Assembly: GCA_965248435.1 (NCBI GenBank)
Contig: OZ252100.1
Coordinates: forward strand, 5,344,001-5,408,000
Source: Candidatus Latescibacterota bacterium
Lineage (GTDB): Bacteria > Latescibacterota > UBA2968 > GCA-2709665
DNA length: 64,000 nt
Direction: 5' to 3'
Within the stretch, counting starts at the first letter, position 1; each line of letters starts with the position of its first letter. Made by a program: the position numbers and the translations under genes. The notes beneath the pieces are model-generated. The model did no database searches and was not told the origin of the DNA. It saw only the letters and a list, made by a program, of their open reading frames with translations. Below, one piece after another: positions 39,126-50,105 of this stretch.

Positions 39126-39211
39126 CCTCCCCTCCTTTAGTGGGAAACATGAAGGCGGTAGCACGATCAGGGATAGACCCGAAAAAGCGCGTATCTACAA
39201 GCATTGGCAAG

Positions 39212-39240
39212 AAGATAAAACTAATACGGGGGATTGTCAA
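39212..39240 (-). promoter_or_regulatory. sigma70-like promoter
   Basis: TTGACA-17 bp-TATCTT on the minus strand upstream of the lipoprotein gene. Confidence 0.6.
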
Positions 39241-39261
39241 TACAAAAAATGGAGGCAATTG

Positions 39262-39909
39262 TCACTGGACAATATCGCCGTCATCCAGGGTAATAAAGGC
39301 GGTCTTTTCTCCGTAGTCTTTTATCCTCCCCCGGTAGCGAATTTCATCTCCGACCCGCAGATCTTGAAGGACATCCTGCTTTCTCTTATTGAACCGGACG
39401 AGGACATCAGATGTCTGGGTAGATGCCAGGTGGCGAATGCTGACGTAGGGTTCGACCCCTCCGCCACGATTGATGTAAACGACCGTTCCCTGCCAGATCA
39501 CCCACTTTCCATTGTAGTTGGCGAATTCGGTCGCCTTCTCCTCCCGAGAGAGTGTGCTCTCTGGCCCAAATATGGCATTAAACGCATCGAACGTGATTTC
39601 TGACCGCGTGGGTGACTGGGCAGTCCTCGCCCTGTGCAGTCTATTCCAATTGTAGCTGTAAAAGAGGATCGCGCCGATAATGACCAGATACAAGATCCCC
39701 TTCGCCTTTCGGGTCGTGTCCGCTCGTGTGGGCTGACCGCTGGCGATGCGCTGGAGTCTGTGAATCTCTGCGAGTTTCGCCTGTTCAGTTGGGGTGGGCT
39801 CCACCTGGCCTTGCATAACCCCCAACTGACGGTCCAAAAACTCACCGCAGAAACGGCACTTCACGGCGTCGTCCTGAATGAGTTCTGCGCAGAAAGGGCA
39901 CTTTTTCAT
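39262..39909 (-). CDS. zinc-ribbon membrane protein with C-terminal OB-fold-like domain
   Basis: MKKCPFCAE..AVKCRFCGE, one TM, YNGKWVIWQGTV...GDEIRYRGRI. Confidence 0.7.
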   Translation of the reverse strand: MKKCPFCAELIQDDAVKCRFCGEFLDRQLGVMQGQVEPTPTEQAKLAEIHRLQRIASGQPTRADTTRKAKGILYLVIIGAILFYSYNWNRLHRARTAQSPTRSEITFDAFNAIFGPESTLSREEKATEFANYNGKWVIWQGTVVYINRGGGVEPYVSIRHLASTQTSDVLVRFNKRKQDVLQDLRVGDEIRYRGRIKDYGEKTAFITLDDGDIVQ

Positions 39910-40238
39910 GCTGCTCCAATGAGGTGATGGGAGGTCGGCTCAAAACAAAATATAGGACACCTGCTTTCCCTTGTGCAACACGAATTGGTTTCAACCCCAA
40001 GAAGATCCGCCATCGATTTAACAGTTGACTCAAATAAAGGCGCCCCTCTCCCTTTGTTCGGTCGCCCGCCAGCACGGCTCCTACTCGGGAGAAGGGCGTG
40101 TGCCCCGGCTCACCCCGAACCGAGGCTCCTGAGTAAAATTGTAGGAAAGATCGGGGGCCTAAAATGTGTCAGCGATCACACTTTCGTCGGTTGGGATGCA
40201 CACCCTCCGGCAGTCGCCCTAGAAACCTCGGGCAAACG

Positions 40239-40277
40239 AAAAGTGGGCGGCAGGTTTTGACCTGTCGCCCACTCTTT
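40239..40277. terminator. hairpin, probable terminator for the 40297 gene
   Basis: aaaagtgggcggcagg-tttt-gacctgtcgcccactcttt. Confidence 0.65.
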
Positions 40278-40296
40278 GAATGGAATGTTTAGCTGT

Positions 40297-41121
40297 TTAG
40301 TCCTTTTCGAGGAGCTTGTTAAGCGGCCGTCGTGGATTCTTCAGATATATGACATCTTTGTGGGTCAGCATCTTGTCAAAAATTGCGATTTCGTCCAGCT
40401 TGCCCGCATAACGGTGGTGGTTAAACCTGACAGTGCGAGCGGAAATATTCCAAGAGATATTCTGCTGCAGGTTCGTCTTCCGATCTATTTCTGCCCCGTC
40501 CACGAAGAGGGCCCATTGCCCGTCGGCCTTGCCGCTGTTAAAATTGGACCAGGTAATGACGATGTGATGCCATTCATCCGAATTCCAGTTGATGTCCTCC
40601 AAGCGAATGACACGTTCCCGAAGGATCTGGTCAGTTATCTCCTGGGTCTTATCGGGGTAACAGCCGAAACGAAGGGCATACGGGGTTCTCTTTTTGTCGA
40701 AGTCCACGAAAATGACCGCGTCGTCCCATCTCTTTCCAACGTGAAAAGGTTCGGGGAAATCCGTCTCTAACCCGGCAGGATCGACTGCCAGCCAAAAAGA
40801 AACACCCCCGGACCAGGACTGGCTTTCGTCGTAGGGGAAGTTTCCCATTGCGGTGTAACTCAGTGCCCCAGCCTCACTTTGGAAGGCGACATAGCCATCC
40901 ACCCGTCCACCGGTTTGAAGATGTTGCGTATGCGCGCCATCGAGCTCGGCGAGCTCCGAGCCCGTCGCGGTAAGCGCATCAACGCCCTTTTCGAAGTTCG
41001 AGAAGAACAGGACGTGCGCGCCGAGGCCTTTTTCTATTTCTCTCTCTGGCCCACCGCACGCCCAAATCAGGGCCAATGAGGCTACGATAAGGCATCCTGT
41101 GTCTACTCTACGTCCCAGCAT
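40297..41121 (-). CDS. LamG/concanavalin-A-like lipoprotein
   Basis: Lipobox IWAC; VSFW, WHHIVITW, LFVDG, GKLDEIAIF. Confidence 0.8.
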   Translation of the reverse strand: MLGRRVDTGCLIVASLALIWACGGPEREIEKGLGAHVLFFSNFEKGVDALTATGSELAELDGAHTQHLQTGGRVDGYVAFQSEAGALSYTAMGNFPYDESQSWSGGVSFWLAVDPAGLETDFPEPFHVGKRWDDAVIFVDFDKKRTPYALRFGCYPDKTQEITDQILRERVIRLEDINWNSDEWHHIVITWSNFNSGKADGQWALFVDGAEIDRKTNLQQNISWNISARTVRFNHHRYAGKLDEIAIFDKMLTHKDVIYLKNPRRPLNKLLEKD

Positions 41122-41214
41122 TTCGAATCTCCTCGTTTGCTGGCCGGGTCTCAAATGTCGAAGATCATCAATATGTATATATACAAATCAGACAAACCAT
41201 CCCGCAAGGAGTTT

Positions 41215-42999
41215 CTAGAAGAAATTGAAATCGGTACGGATCGCCCACGTGTGTTCTCTGGTGTTCCCTCTCTCCCCGCTCGGGAGGGCGAGGTTGTCTC
41301 CCAACATGGATTCGTAGGAGACCCGCAGAAGAAGATCTCGGATCGGTTCATAAGTAAGCGAAAATCCCAGTCGAGTGCGCTTTTCCAGTATGCCATCCAG
41401 GAAGCGTTTACTCGGAGGATCCGAGGGCCTTCTTCCTGCCTCGGCATCGCCCCCCACATTCTCCAACAAAACCCCCTCCGAACCGATGACATTTTCGCCC
41501 TGCCTCTCCCTGTCCAAGGAGAACGCGAACAAGAGTGAAGGCGAAAAGTGATGGATAACGCGTCCGAATATGCGGTCGGCGTTGGGGCCGACAGGGTAAC
41601 CCAGCAGAGCATCGAAATGTTCATAGGTGTTGATGGCGAACTTGTGGGAGTATACAAAGGGCTCCAATCGGACGTATTCCAGGGACAATTCTGTGTCGTG
41701 GAGACCGAACGGGTCAACCCATTGGAGTCCGAACTGCAGAGCGTATTTATTTGCGAATGCCCCGGGGGTGAACTTTTTCAGATCATCGAACAGCACAGCA
41801 AAGTAGAGCCAAAGATTTTGTCTTGGATTGCCGCTGAGGTCGAGGCCAACGAGCATATTGTCATTGTCGCCCAAGTAGGTCTGCGCGGCGGTTAACACGG
41901 TCGCTGGGTTGGCGTATAAAAATTCGAGTGACCTGTCGCCGTAAACGACGGATTCCTGAAGTCCCAGGAGCACTCCTCTGGGGAACGAGACCTCGAACCG
42001 ATGCGCTGCCAGGTGCTTGGAGCGGCGAAAGGTGCGCAAGTGGCCGTTGTCGAGTCTGGTTCGAGAGGTATCGATCAGCCCTTCACGCGCACGGGGGAAC
42101 CCCACGACGTGGATAAACCGAAATCGACCGTGTTCGGCTCTCATGCGAACGATCGCGTAGGACGAAGCCTTGTCCGAGAGCAAAAGGTTTCCTGTCCTTC
42201 CCGGGCCCCAATCCAGGCTTGTTTTGCCTATGTCAATGTCGAACCAGGGCGTTGCCAGGATGAATTGAAACTCGGCCTGGCGGAAGTCGACGGATTTCCC
42301 TTTCAACTGGATGTCCTCAATGGGTTTGGCGATCACGTCTCCACGGGATAGGCGGACTCGCGTACTCTGTTCCCTGGCTTCGTAATGCCGAACTCGAAAC
42401 CCAAAGCGATTATGGTAGGTGCCGCGAACGATCGCGCCGAGATAGGTTTGAGAAACGATTTCCCGGGCGCGTGCGCCGCCCCGTATCACGAGTACTTGCT
42501 CGCGAATCAGCGGGTCCAAAACAAACGCTGCTGAGGAATCCTGCCAGGCAAAAAGGTTGTTTCCAGACGATATGCGTTCGATAAGGCCGCTCTGATGCGA
42601 ATCATGAGCCCCCGCCTTACCGAGCGTGGTCAGTTCCCACCTGAATTCGGCGCGGTGCCTCTCGAGGATACCCCGTTCGGTTTTCGAGAGGCGGCCCCCT
42701 GATTCTGCCGTTTGAAGGATATCCAGAAGAAGAAGGGCCGCACGATTTCTTGTGAACGGTCGGTGGCCGGGAACGGACTGCTTGAGCCAGCCACGGGCCT
42801 GAAATCGGTCGACCGTTCGATAGATGCGATGTGAGAGGGGAACGTCCGGGCTTGGATCTTCACCAAAGGCGGGAACTGTGGACAGCGCCAAGCAGGTAAG
42901 AACGGTGAAGAGCGATTTCACGGAAAAGTGGACCGTTCGATTCGGGGAAAGGGGAGAAATTGACCGGATCGAACGAAAATATGAGCACACAACGTACAA
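41215..42999 (-). CDS. capsule assembly Wzi-like outer-membrane protein
   Basis: RPFTR, WGPG..GNLLLS, AAHRFE, ESVVYG, LGYPVGPNAD; terminal FF (true start probably downstream). Confidence 0.75.
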   Translation of the reverse strand: MYVVCSYFRSIRSISPLSPNRTVHFSVKSLFTVLTCLALSTVPAFGEDPSPDVPLSHRIYRTVDRFQARGWLKQSVPGHRPFTRNRAALLLLDILQTAESGGRLSKTERGILERHRAEFRWELTTLGKAGAHDSHQSGLIERISSGNNLFAWQDSSAAFVLDPLIREQVLVIRGGARAREIVSQTYLGAIVRGTYHNRFGFRVRHYEAREQSTRVRLSRGDVIAKPIEDIQLKGKSVDFRQAEFQFILATPWFDIDIGKTSLDWGPGRTGNLLLSDKASSYAIVRMRAEHGRFRFIHVVGFPRAREGLIDTSRTRLDNGHLRTFRRSKHLAAHRFEVSFPRGVLLGLQESVVYGDRSLEFLYANPATVLTAAQTYLGDNDNMLVGLDLSGNPRQNLWLYFAVLFDDLKKFTPGAFANKYALQFGLQWVDPFGLHDTELSLEYVRLEPFVYSHKFAINTYEHFDALLGYPVGPNADRIFGRVIHHFSPSLLFAFSLDRERQGENVIGSEGVLLENVGGDAEAGRRPSDPPSKRFLDGILEKRTRLGFSLTYEPIRDLLLRVSYESMLGDNLALPSGERGNTREHTWAIRTDFNFF

Positions 43000-43178
43000 G
43001 TCAAGAAAAACCCGGGGTCTGAGACAGCGGCCTAGAACGTCGAAGCCTAAGTTTTATTAACACTTAGTGCATTCAGCCCGCCGCTTGAATTGTCTTGACA
43101 GCTTTGGGGCATTTTGTTATTTACTAGCACCGTATTGCGCTTTCGAAGGCGCCTAGATCCCAAAGTTGGAGTCCAACG

Positions 43179-46100
43179 ATGATGCGAAGAATTGGAAGCG
43201 CTGTTCTGTGGATCATCGCGCTTTTCATGCTTTCATCGGTGACCGTTTTCAATCCTGGACAGGTCACCGATTGGTTTATCAAGCTGTTCGGCATTCAGCC
43301 GAGCAAGCCAGAACTGAGGCCAGTGATCGTCTCGGAGAGAGATCGGGAGATCAAAGAGATCGCCGAATCGATCACTGCATCACACCTGCGCGAGACCGTC
43401 GGAGCCCTATCCAGTCTTGGGTCAAGGGTCCCTGGGTATCCCGGACATCGACAGGCCTTTGAGCACATAAAACGTGAGTTTGAGCAAATCGGGCTTCAGG
43501 GGATTACTGTAGAGAACGCCGAGGTAACCGTGCCCGTGGATAAAGGTGCCTCCCTTGTCTTGGCCCTGACCGGCGAAGAGATCCGTCTTTTCGGTCTCTG
43601 GCCGAATCATGTCCGGACCCCTTCGCTGCCCGAAGAAGGCGCAAGCGGGACGCTGATCTATGGCGGACGGGGCAGCTTTAAAGAATTGAACGGAAAACCC
43701 GTGAAGGGCGGCATTGTCCTCATGGAGTTCGATTCCGATCAGAGCTACCTGAACCCACGGATGCTTGGGGCGGCGGCTGTTGTCTTTTACGACAATGGGC
43801 GAGTAACCCAGGGGCAGGCGACGCAGAAATTTTTGCAGGTCCCGGTGGACGTCCCGCGATTCTGGGTAGAAGGGAAAGATGCAGACCGTTTACTGGCTCT
43901 GGCTAAAACGAGCGAGCACCAGGTCATCATCAGGTCCAGGATGGACTGGGAAAGGGTGCCGGCCCCGAACATTTATGGAATCATACCTGGCACGGATGAA
44001 TACATTTCCGACCGTCGGGAGCGGAAGTGGAAGGACGAGATGATTCTCGTCAGCGCCTTCTACGACGCGATCTCCGTCGTGCCGGGGGTCGCGCCTGGCG
44101 CCGAAAGCGCTGCCAATGTCGCTGCCCTGTTGGAGACGGCAAAGGCCTTGAAGAGGAATCCACCGAAATATTCCGTGATGTTCTTGGCCAATGGCTCACA
44201 CTTCCAGGGTCTTGCGGGCATCAACGACTTTCTCTACAAACACTCGCGAGAGAGCGAGCACTTTCGCGAGCTCATTCCTGAACACGAGAAGATCGATTTT
44301 CGGCTCTTTATCGGATTCGACCTGTCGAGCGAGATCGACAAGGTCGCGACATTTTCGCACGCGACCTTCTACAATCCGACCTGGAGGACGAACAACTATG
44401 AGAACAACCTCCTGGCCCCTTACGCCAAGAAGTTCGATCAGTATGATGCCAGGATTTTTCCAGGGGAAGCGCGCCACATCGATGCGGTCACACCCCCCAA
44501 GCGGACCTGGAAGAACTTCATGCCGATTCGTCTGGCTTTCGACAGCGAAGCGGTGAAGTTCGTCGGGAAGGAGGGCATCACCTTAGCAACTCCGTCCACG
44601 ATCCGGGAGCGCGTGGATACCCCTGTAGACAGGGTTGAATTCGTCAATTTTTCGAACCTGACGCGCCAAGTGCAGGCCTCGGTTGGTCTGCTGCTCAAGG
44701 CCGTCGAGGATCCAGAATTTTTCAGAGTATCAAAGTTGAAACTTGAAGACCTTGGTCACAGCCTAGAGGGCCGAATCCTGTGGTTCGAGCGCGACGTAGA
44801 TTTCGCCATTCCCAGAGTGCCGGTGCCGGGTGCGATCGTGACCTACGAACAAATCGGACCCGTGGCGAGCTGCGGAGGCGTGAGAACACTTGTCGTAGAG
44901 AAGACTGCGGAAGGGCCGATTTACCAGGGTGATCCTTCGAAGGGGCCGTCCTACGGGTCGAAGGATGAGGTCGAGGGGACGGGCCGTTTCAGATTTGATA
45001 TCATGCGCAATCGATTCGACAACAAGATCCTGGCTTATCAGATGGACGAAGATGGCCGGATTGTTTCAGCGCCCGACATGGGAACGGAAGGCGACAAAAA
45101 GTTCCCCATTCTCCAACGGTACGGCTGGTGGGAAAACGAAATGATGGAGGTACTGTTCAAGTGTCGCGCCATCAGTGTGTTCGAGATCATCGATTCGAGC
45201 TATCTCTCGGCTCTGGACTATATGACCGTGTTAAACGAAGGGGACACCAGACCTATCGAGTATGGTTACCACTACATTGAAAACCAGAGCATGAAAGAGG
45301 GAAATGTAACACGCGCGGCCGTGGCGTTTGCCGGTGTGGACTTCATGACCGGCGAGATAGAGCCTTTGAAGATTCTGATGAGCACGGGTCTATTCGGCGT
45401 AAAGTATCTGCTGATCAATGCGCCCCAGGAGTTCCTGGATTCTCCGGTATCCAAGTGGGATGTGAACCCGGAGATGTTGGAAACGTCTCGAGGCGTCGGA
45501 TATCCACCGGGCGTCATATTCAACCCTTCCTACCACGCGGCGAAGGACATGTGGGTCATCGACGATATCCGCATGAAACAGTTAGCTCAGTACGGAATAG
45601 AGAACGCCCGGCTTTCTCTTCTGCACGACGCGGCACGTGAGGCCCTCCTGGAAGCAAATGACCACCTGGAAGCTCAGGAGTACGAGGCATTCATGGCCGC
45701 TTCTCGACGGGCATGGGGGCTCGAAGCGAGGGGATATCCGGAAGTGATGTCCACGGCGAACGACACGGTTCGGGGAATCATCTTTTACTTTATGCTGTTG
45801 CTCCCGTTCTCATACTTCTGTGAACGCCTCGTCTTCGGCTTTTCGGACATCACGCGGCGATTGTTGGGATTCTCGGGTATCTTCCTTGCTTTCTTTATCG
45901 TCCTCCGGATGGTGCATCCTGCATTCCAATTGAGCAGCTCACCCTATATCATCTTTCTTGCGTTTGTGATCATGGCCCTTGGCGGGGTGGCCATGATCAT
46001 CGTGGTCTCCAAGTTCGGAGAAGAGGTCCGGAAGATGAAGCAGGCCGCGGCCGGCACCTACGAGGCCGATGTGGGTCGGCTGAGCGCGACAAGTGCAGCG

Positions 46101-47930
46101 ATTGTTCTGGGCATCTCCAATCTTAGAAAGCGCCCGCTAAGGACGGGTCTCACCGCCGCCACACTGACCCTTCTCACATTTACCGCGCTTTCCTTCACAT
46201 CCGTTCAGACGTCGATCAAGTTTTACCGTTTGCCCAGAGATAACAAGCCTGATTACCAGGGGGGACTGGTTCGAGACCGGGCGTGGAAGGGCCTGCAGGA
46301 GTCAACGCTGCATTACCTTGAGAGTGCGTTTGGAGAACGTGCGTTGATCCAGCCACGCGCCTGGTACCTATCCCAGGTCAAAGGGGAAAGGGCCTACCTG
46401 GGCTTCGAGCGTATCACTGAGAAATCAGCGGATATGGGGTCGCGCGACACCTATATCGATTTCGATGTGGGCATCACTACAGGTAAAGACAGCTTCGTTA
46501 ATGGGCTTTTAGGGCTCACCGATCGGGAGCCCGAAATCACCGGTGTTGACCGATTCCTGCTGAGTGGGCGGTGGTTCCTCCCGGGCGAGCGGTATGTCTG
46601 TATACTGCCAAACGACCTGGCAGAGCTGGTCGGGATCTTTCCTGAAGACGCCGGGAAGGCGGAGGTCGAGTTGCTGGGGAACGTGTTCACGGTGATCGGG
46701 ATCGTTGATTCGGAGGCTTTCAACAAATACAAAGACCTGGATGACGAACGCCTGACACCCGTGGACATGGTCGCAGAGAGAGACGACCTGGACGATGCGC
46801 AGGACCAGGATCCCCGGATCGTGGCATCGGCGCCCATCGAATCTTTCAATCATTTGGAGTCCACGAATGTCATGATTTTGCCGTATCAGTACGTTCGGGA
46901 CATGGGCGGTCCACTGAGTTCGATCGCGATCGCCCATTTCGTGGACGAGCGTGGGCAGTCGAAGGACAATTTCATCCCCGATATCGAGGAGTTCATGACC
47001 CGCGTCTCGCTCACGATGTTTGTCGGGCACGCTGAAGGGGTCACGGTCTATAGTTCCATCGGGAGCACCTCGCTGGGAGGATTAGCGGGACTGTTTGTTC
47101 CGATCCTCATCGCCGCTCTTATCGTGCTGAACACCATGATGGGGGCCGTCTACGAGCGGTTCCGGGAGATCGGGATCTACTCTGCAGTGGGCCTGGCGCC
47201 CAACCACATCGCGGCGCTCTTCCTGGCAGAAGCTGCCGTTTTCGCGACGATTGGTGCCGTGTTCGGCTATCTCATCGGTCAAGTCATGGTGATGCTGCTT
47301 TACGAACGGGGTGCACTCGGAGGATTGGAGCTGAACTACTCGTCGCTTTCCGCGATTTCAGCCACCCTGATCGTGATGGCCACCGTGTTTCTCTCTACGC
47401 TCTATCCGGCGAAGAAGGCTGCCGATATGGCCGTCCCGGACGTAACGCGAAAATGGGAGTTCCCGGAGCCGGATGGTGACAGGTGGGTCTTCGACTTTCC
47501 GTTTACGGTCGGTGGCGGAGAGATCCTGGGTATGTACACCTATCTCACGAGGGTATTCGAGTCCTACGGCGAGGGTTCTGTCGGGGATTTCGTGGCTGAC
47601 AAGGTCCGGTTTACATCCAGAGACCTGCACGGAGAACCACAGTATGAGATTCACCTTACAGCCTGGCTTGCCCCCTACGACCTGGGGATCAGCCAGCAGG
47701 TCGAACTCCAAGCGATTCCGACGGGCGAATACAACATCTACAAAATCGAGGTTGTTATTCATCGTCTGAGCGGGGATGTGGCTTCCTGGAAGCGGATCAA
47801 TCGGGGATTCTTGAACGTGCTTCGCAAAAGATTCCTCGTTTGGCGAACCATTCCACTTGATGTCAAGCATCAGTATGCCCAGGAAGGGGATCAGGTACTC
47901 CGGGGTGAAGCCCAAGAAACAAGCACCTGA
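43179..47930 (+). CDS. giant membrane protein: PA/M28-peptidase-like ectodomain + FtsX/MacB-type permease
   Basis: SRVPGYPG, SAFYDA, APGAES, then TM bundle, SNLRKRPLRT, VYERFREIGIYSAVGLAP, LYPAKKAA. Confidence 0.8.
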   Translation: MMRRIGSAVLWIIALFMLSSVTVFNPGQVTDWFIKLFGIQPSKPELRPVIVSERDREIKEIAESITASHLRETVGALSSLGSRVPGYPGHRQAFEHIKREFEQIGLQGITVENAEVTVPVDKGASLVLALTGEEIRLFGLWPNHVRTPSLPEEGASGTLIYGGRGSFKELNGKPVKGGIVLMEFDSDQSYLNPRMLGAAAVVFYDNGRVTQGQATQKFLQVPVDVPRFWVEGKDADRLLALAKTSEHQVIIRSRMDWERVPAPNIYGIIPGTDEYISDRRERKWKDEMILVSAFYDAISVVPGVAPGAESAANVAALLETAKALKRNPPKYSVMFLANGSHFQGLAGINDFLYKHSRESEHFRELIPEHEKIDFRLFIGFDLSSEIDKVATFSHATFYNPTWRTNNYENNLLAPYAKKFDQYDARIFPGEARHIDAVTPPKRTWKNFMPIRLAFDSEAVKFVGKEGITLATPSTIRERVDTPVDRVEFVNFSNLTRQVQASVGLLLKAVEDPEFFRVSKLKLEDLGHSLEGRILWFERDVDFAIPRVPVPGAIVTYEQIGPVASCGGVRTLVVEKTAEGPIYQGDPSKGPSYGSKDEVEGTGRFRFDIMRNRFDNKILAYQMDEDGRIVSAPDMGTEGDKKFPILQRYGWWENEMMEVLFKCRAISVFEIIDSSYLSALDYMTVLNEGDTRPIEYGYHYIENQSMKEGNVTRAAVAFAGVDFMTGEIEPLKILMSTGLFGVKYLLINAPQEFLDSPVSKWDVNPEMLETSRGVGYPPGVIFNPSYHAAKDMWVIDDIRMKQLAQYGIENARLSLLHDAAREALLEANDHLEAQEYEAFMAASRRAWGLEARGYPEVMSTANDTVRGIIFYFMLLLPFSYFCERLVFGFSDITRRLLGFSGIFLAFFIVLRMVHPAFQLSSSPYIIFLAFVIMALGGVAMIIVVSKFGEEVRKMKQAAAGTYEADVGRLSATSAAIVLGISNLRKRPLRTGLTAATLTLLTFTALSFTSVQTSIKFYRLPRDNKPDYQGGLVRDRAWKGLQESTLHYLESAFGERALIQPRAWYLSQVKGERAYLGFERITEKSADMGSRDTYIDFDVGITTGKDSFVNGLLGLTDREPEITGVDRFLLSGRWFLPGERYVCILPNDLAELVGIFPEDAGKAEVELLGNVFTVIGIVDSEAFNKYKDLDDERLTPVDMVAERDDLDDAQDQDPRIVASAPIESFNHLESTNVMILPYQYVRDMGGPLSSIAIAHFVDERGQSKDNFIPDIEEFMTRVSLTMFVGHAEGVTVYSSIGSTSLGGLAGLFVPILIAALIVLNTMMGAVYERFREIGIYSAVGLAPNHIAALFLAEAAVFATIGAVFGYLIGQVMVMLLYERGALGGLELNYSSLSAISATLIVMATVFLSTLYPAKKAADMAVPDVTRKWEFPEPDGDRWVFDFPFTVGGGEILGMYTYLTRVFESYGEGSVGDFVADKVRFTSRDLHGEPQYEIHLTAWLAPYDLGISQQVELQAIPTGEYNIYKIEVVIHRLSGDVASWKRINRGFLNVLRKRFLVWRTIPLDVKHQYAQEGDQVLRGEAQETST

Positions 47931-47959
47931 GTTTTAGCTACTAACGTTAAGGGGAAAAG

Positions 47960-49999
47960 TTGGCGACAGAACCGAGGTCAGGGCGTGAGGATGTAAGTCA
48001 GTACGAATCGATCATGCCGGATGAGGCGCCCTTCGAAGAGGGGTTCAACCTGAAGACCGTCTGGGCTATGCTGTTCGTCGGGTTGATCATGCTTCCCGGG
48101 GCGATCTATCTGGGTCTCGTCACGGGCCAGAGCATGGCCGGCGCTTCGGAATGGGTGACGATCATCCTCTTCCTGGAGATCGCGAAGCGATCGTTCGTGA
48201 GGCTCAAGACCCAGGAGCTGATCATAATCTACTGGGTGGCCGCCGGTCTGGTTGGAATCGGCGTCAGATTAGGGATCTCCGGGCACCTCTACGGAGGCCC
48301 TTTTGGCAACCTGGTCTGGGACCAGTACCTAATTCAAGCTCCGGCCGCCAAGGGGTTGGCAGAGTACATTCCCGACTGGGTCGTACCTCCGCTGGAATCG
48401 TCGGTCTACGCAGACCGCACGTTCCTGCACACTGTCTGGATCAAGCCGGTCCTCGTTCTTTTTCTCGTGATGCTCGTCACCAACACCGCTCAGCTTTCGT
48501 TCGCCTACGTGATGTTCCGCGTGACCAACGACGTGGAGCGGCTGCCCTTTCCGATGGAGGCCGTGCACGCCCGCGGCGCCACAGCCCTGGCAGAAACTTC
48601 CGCAAAGCAGGAGGGGTGGCGATGGCGCGTGTTCAGCACAGGGACGTGTATCGGTCTGATCTGGGGGCTTATCTATGTCGTCGTCCCGACACTGTCGAGC
48701 ATCTTTCTGACAGATACGGTCCAGATTCTGCCCATTCCTTTCATTGACTTCACTGCAGAGATAAAGACGATCCTGCCCGCGGCCATTTTCGGGATCGGGA
48801 CCGACCTGGGCCACCTGTTCATCGGGATGGTGCTTCCGTTCTATGTCGTCGTAGGACAGTTCTTCGGCTCCGTTCTGGCAAATCTTGTGATTAATCCCAT
48901 GCTCTACGATTACGGCATCTTGCAGCGCTGGTCTCCCGGAATGACCTCGGTCCCGGCCCGGATCTCCAACACCTTCGACTTCTGGCTGAGCTTCTCGATC
49001 GGGACCTCCCTGGTGGTCGCGTTCACCGGGTTCTACATGGTGGGCAAGATGCTCCTGGAACAACGACGGACCCGGGGTGCAGGCCCTCGGGCGAAAGGCG
49101 TTCCCCAGAGCGATGTTCCGAAAGGGAGAGGGGATGTGAAGTTGATTTATCCGATCGTGCTATGGGTCATGGCAACGTTTGGGTTCGTCGCAATGTGTCA
49201 GATCCTGGTGCCGGAATTCCACTGGGGATGGGTCGTCTTCTTCGGATTCATTTACTCTCCGATTTCATCTTACATTGGGGCCAGGATGATCGGGCTGACC
49301 GGCAGTCCCTATGGGTCCAGCGTCCCTTTTCTCAGGGAGGCCGCGATCTTCCTTTCCGGCTATCAGGGGGCCGCGGTCTGGTTCGCCCCGCTCCCGCTGC
49401 ACGATTACGGAAAGATGGTGCGCCCCTTCAAGCAGATGGAGCTGACCAAGACCAAATTCGGGAGCTACATCAAGATGGTGGCCGCCACGATGGTTGTGAT
49501 CTTCATTTGCAGCTTCGTTTTCTACGAATTCATCTGGAGGCTGGGTCCGATCCCCTCATCGACCTATCCCTATGCGGAAACGATCTGGCCCTTCGACGCA
49601 ACCCTGCAGACGATGTGGATCAAGTCGACGCTTCCTGCTGGAGAGTTCGGGGGTGCAGCGGGCATGCAGCTGCTGCGCGAGATCATCAAGCCTGAATATA
49701 TCGGCGCCGGCCTGATCGGCGGTGGCGCTACTTACATTCTCATGACTGTCCTCAAACTCCCGACGCTGGCCTTCTTCGGGTTTGTAGGCGGATTGGCCGA
49801 GTGGCCGCATTTTGTCCTGTTGATGTTTGTAGGTGCACTGCTGGGCCGTTTTCACTTCGCGAAACGGTTTGGTGAGGCGAAGTGGAAGGCGTACGCACCG
49901 ATCCTTCTGGCAGGCTATTCCTGCGGGATGGGGTTAATCGCCATGACGTCGATCGCGATCGCCCTGATTTCGAAGGCCGTATCGCAAGTCATATTTTGA
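47960..49999 (+). CDS. polytopic membrane protein, OPT/YSL-like peptide transporter
   Basis: Many TM segments; QEL, ERLPFP, PIPSSTYP motifs. Confidence 0.65.
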   Translation: MATEPRSGREDVSQYESIMPDEAPFEEGFNLKTVWAMLFVGLIMLPGAIYLGLVTGQSMAGASEWVTIILFLEIAKRSFVRLKTQELIIIYWVAAGLVGIGVRLGISGHLYGGPFGNLVWDQYLIQAPAAKGLAEYIPDWVVPPLESSVYADRTFLHTVWIKPVLVLFLVMLVTNTAQLSFAYVMFRVTNDVERLPFPMEAVHARGATALAETSAKQEGWRWRVFSTGTCIGLIWGLIYVVVPTLSSIFLTDTVQILPIPFIDFTAEIKTILPAAIFGIGTDLGHLFIGMVLPFYVVVGQFFGSVLANLVINPMLYDYGILQRWSPGMTSVPARISNTFDFWLSFSIGTSLVVAFTGFYMVGKMLLEQRRTRGAGPRAKGVPQSDVPKGRGDVKLIYPIVLWVMATFGFVAMCQILVPEFHWGWVVFFGFIYSPISSYIGARMIGLTGSPYGSSVPFLREAAIFLSGYQGAAVWFAPLPLHDYGKMVRPFKQMELTKTKFGSYIKMVAATMVVIFICSFVFYEFIWRLGPIPSSTYPYAETIWPFDATLQTMWIKSTLPAGEFGGAAGMQLLREIIKPEYIGAGLIGGGATYILMTVLKLPTLAFFGFVGGLAEWPHFVLLMFVGALLGRFHFAKRFGEAKWKAYAPILLAGYSCGMGLIAMTSIAIALISKAVSQVIF

Positions 50000-50105
50000 A
50001 ATTCGAGAACATCGTAATCTGATCAATCCATCGCCCGGGTGAATCGTTTGCCCGGGCAATTGCATATTGTGGCTTTTGCCCTTAAGGGGTTCGACAGGAG
50101 CTTGG

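Noticed and set aside
39910-40238. Long intergenic region as ncRNA or sigma54 promoter
   Set aside because: No GG-N10-GC consensus in proper spacing and no recognisable RNA family.
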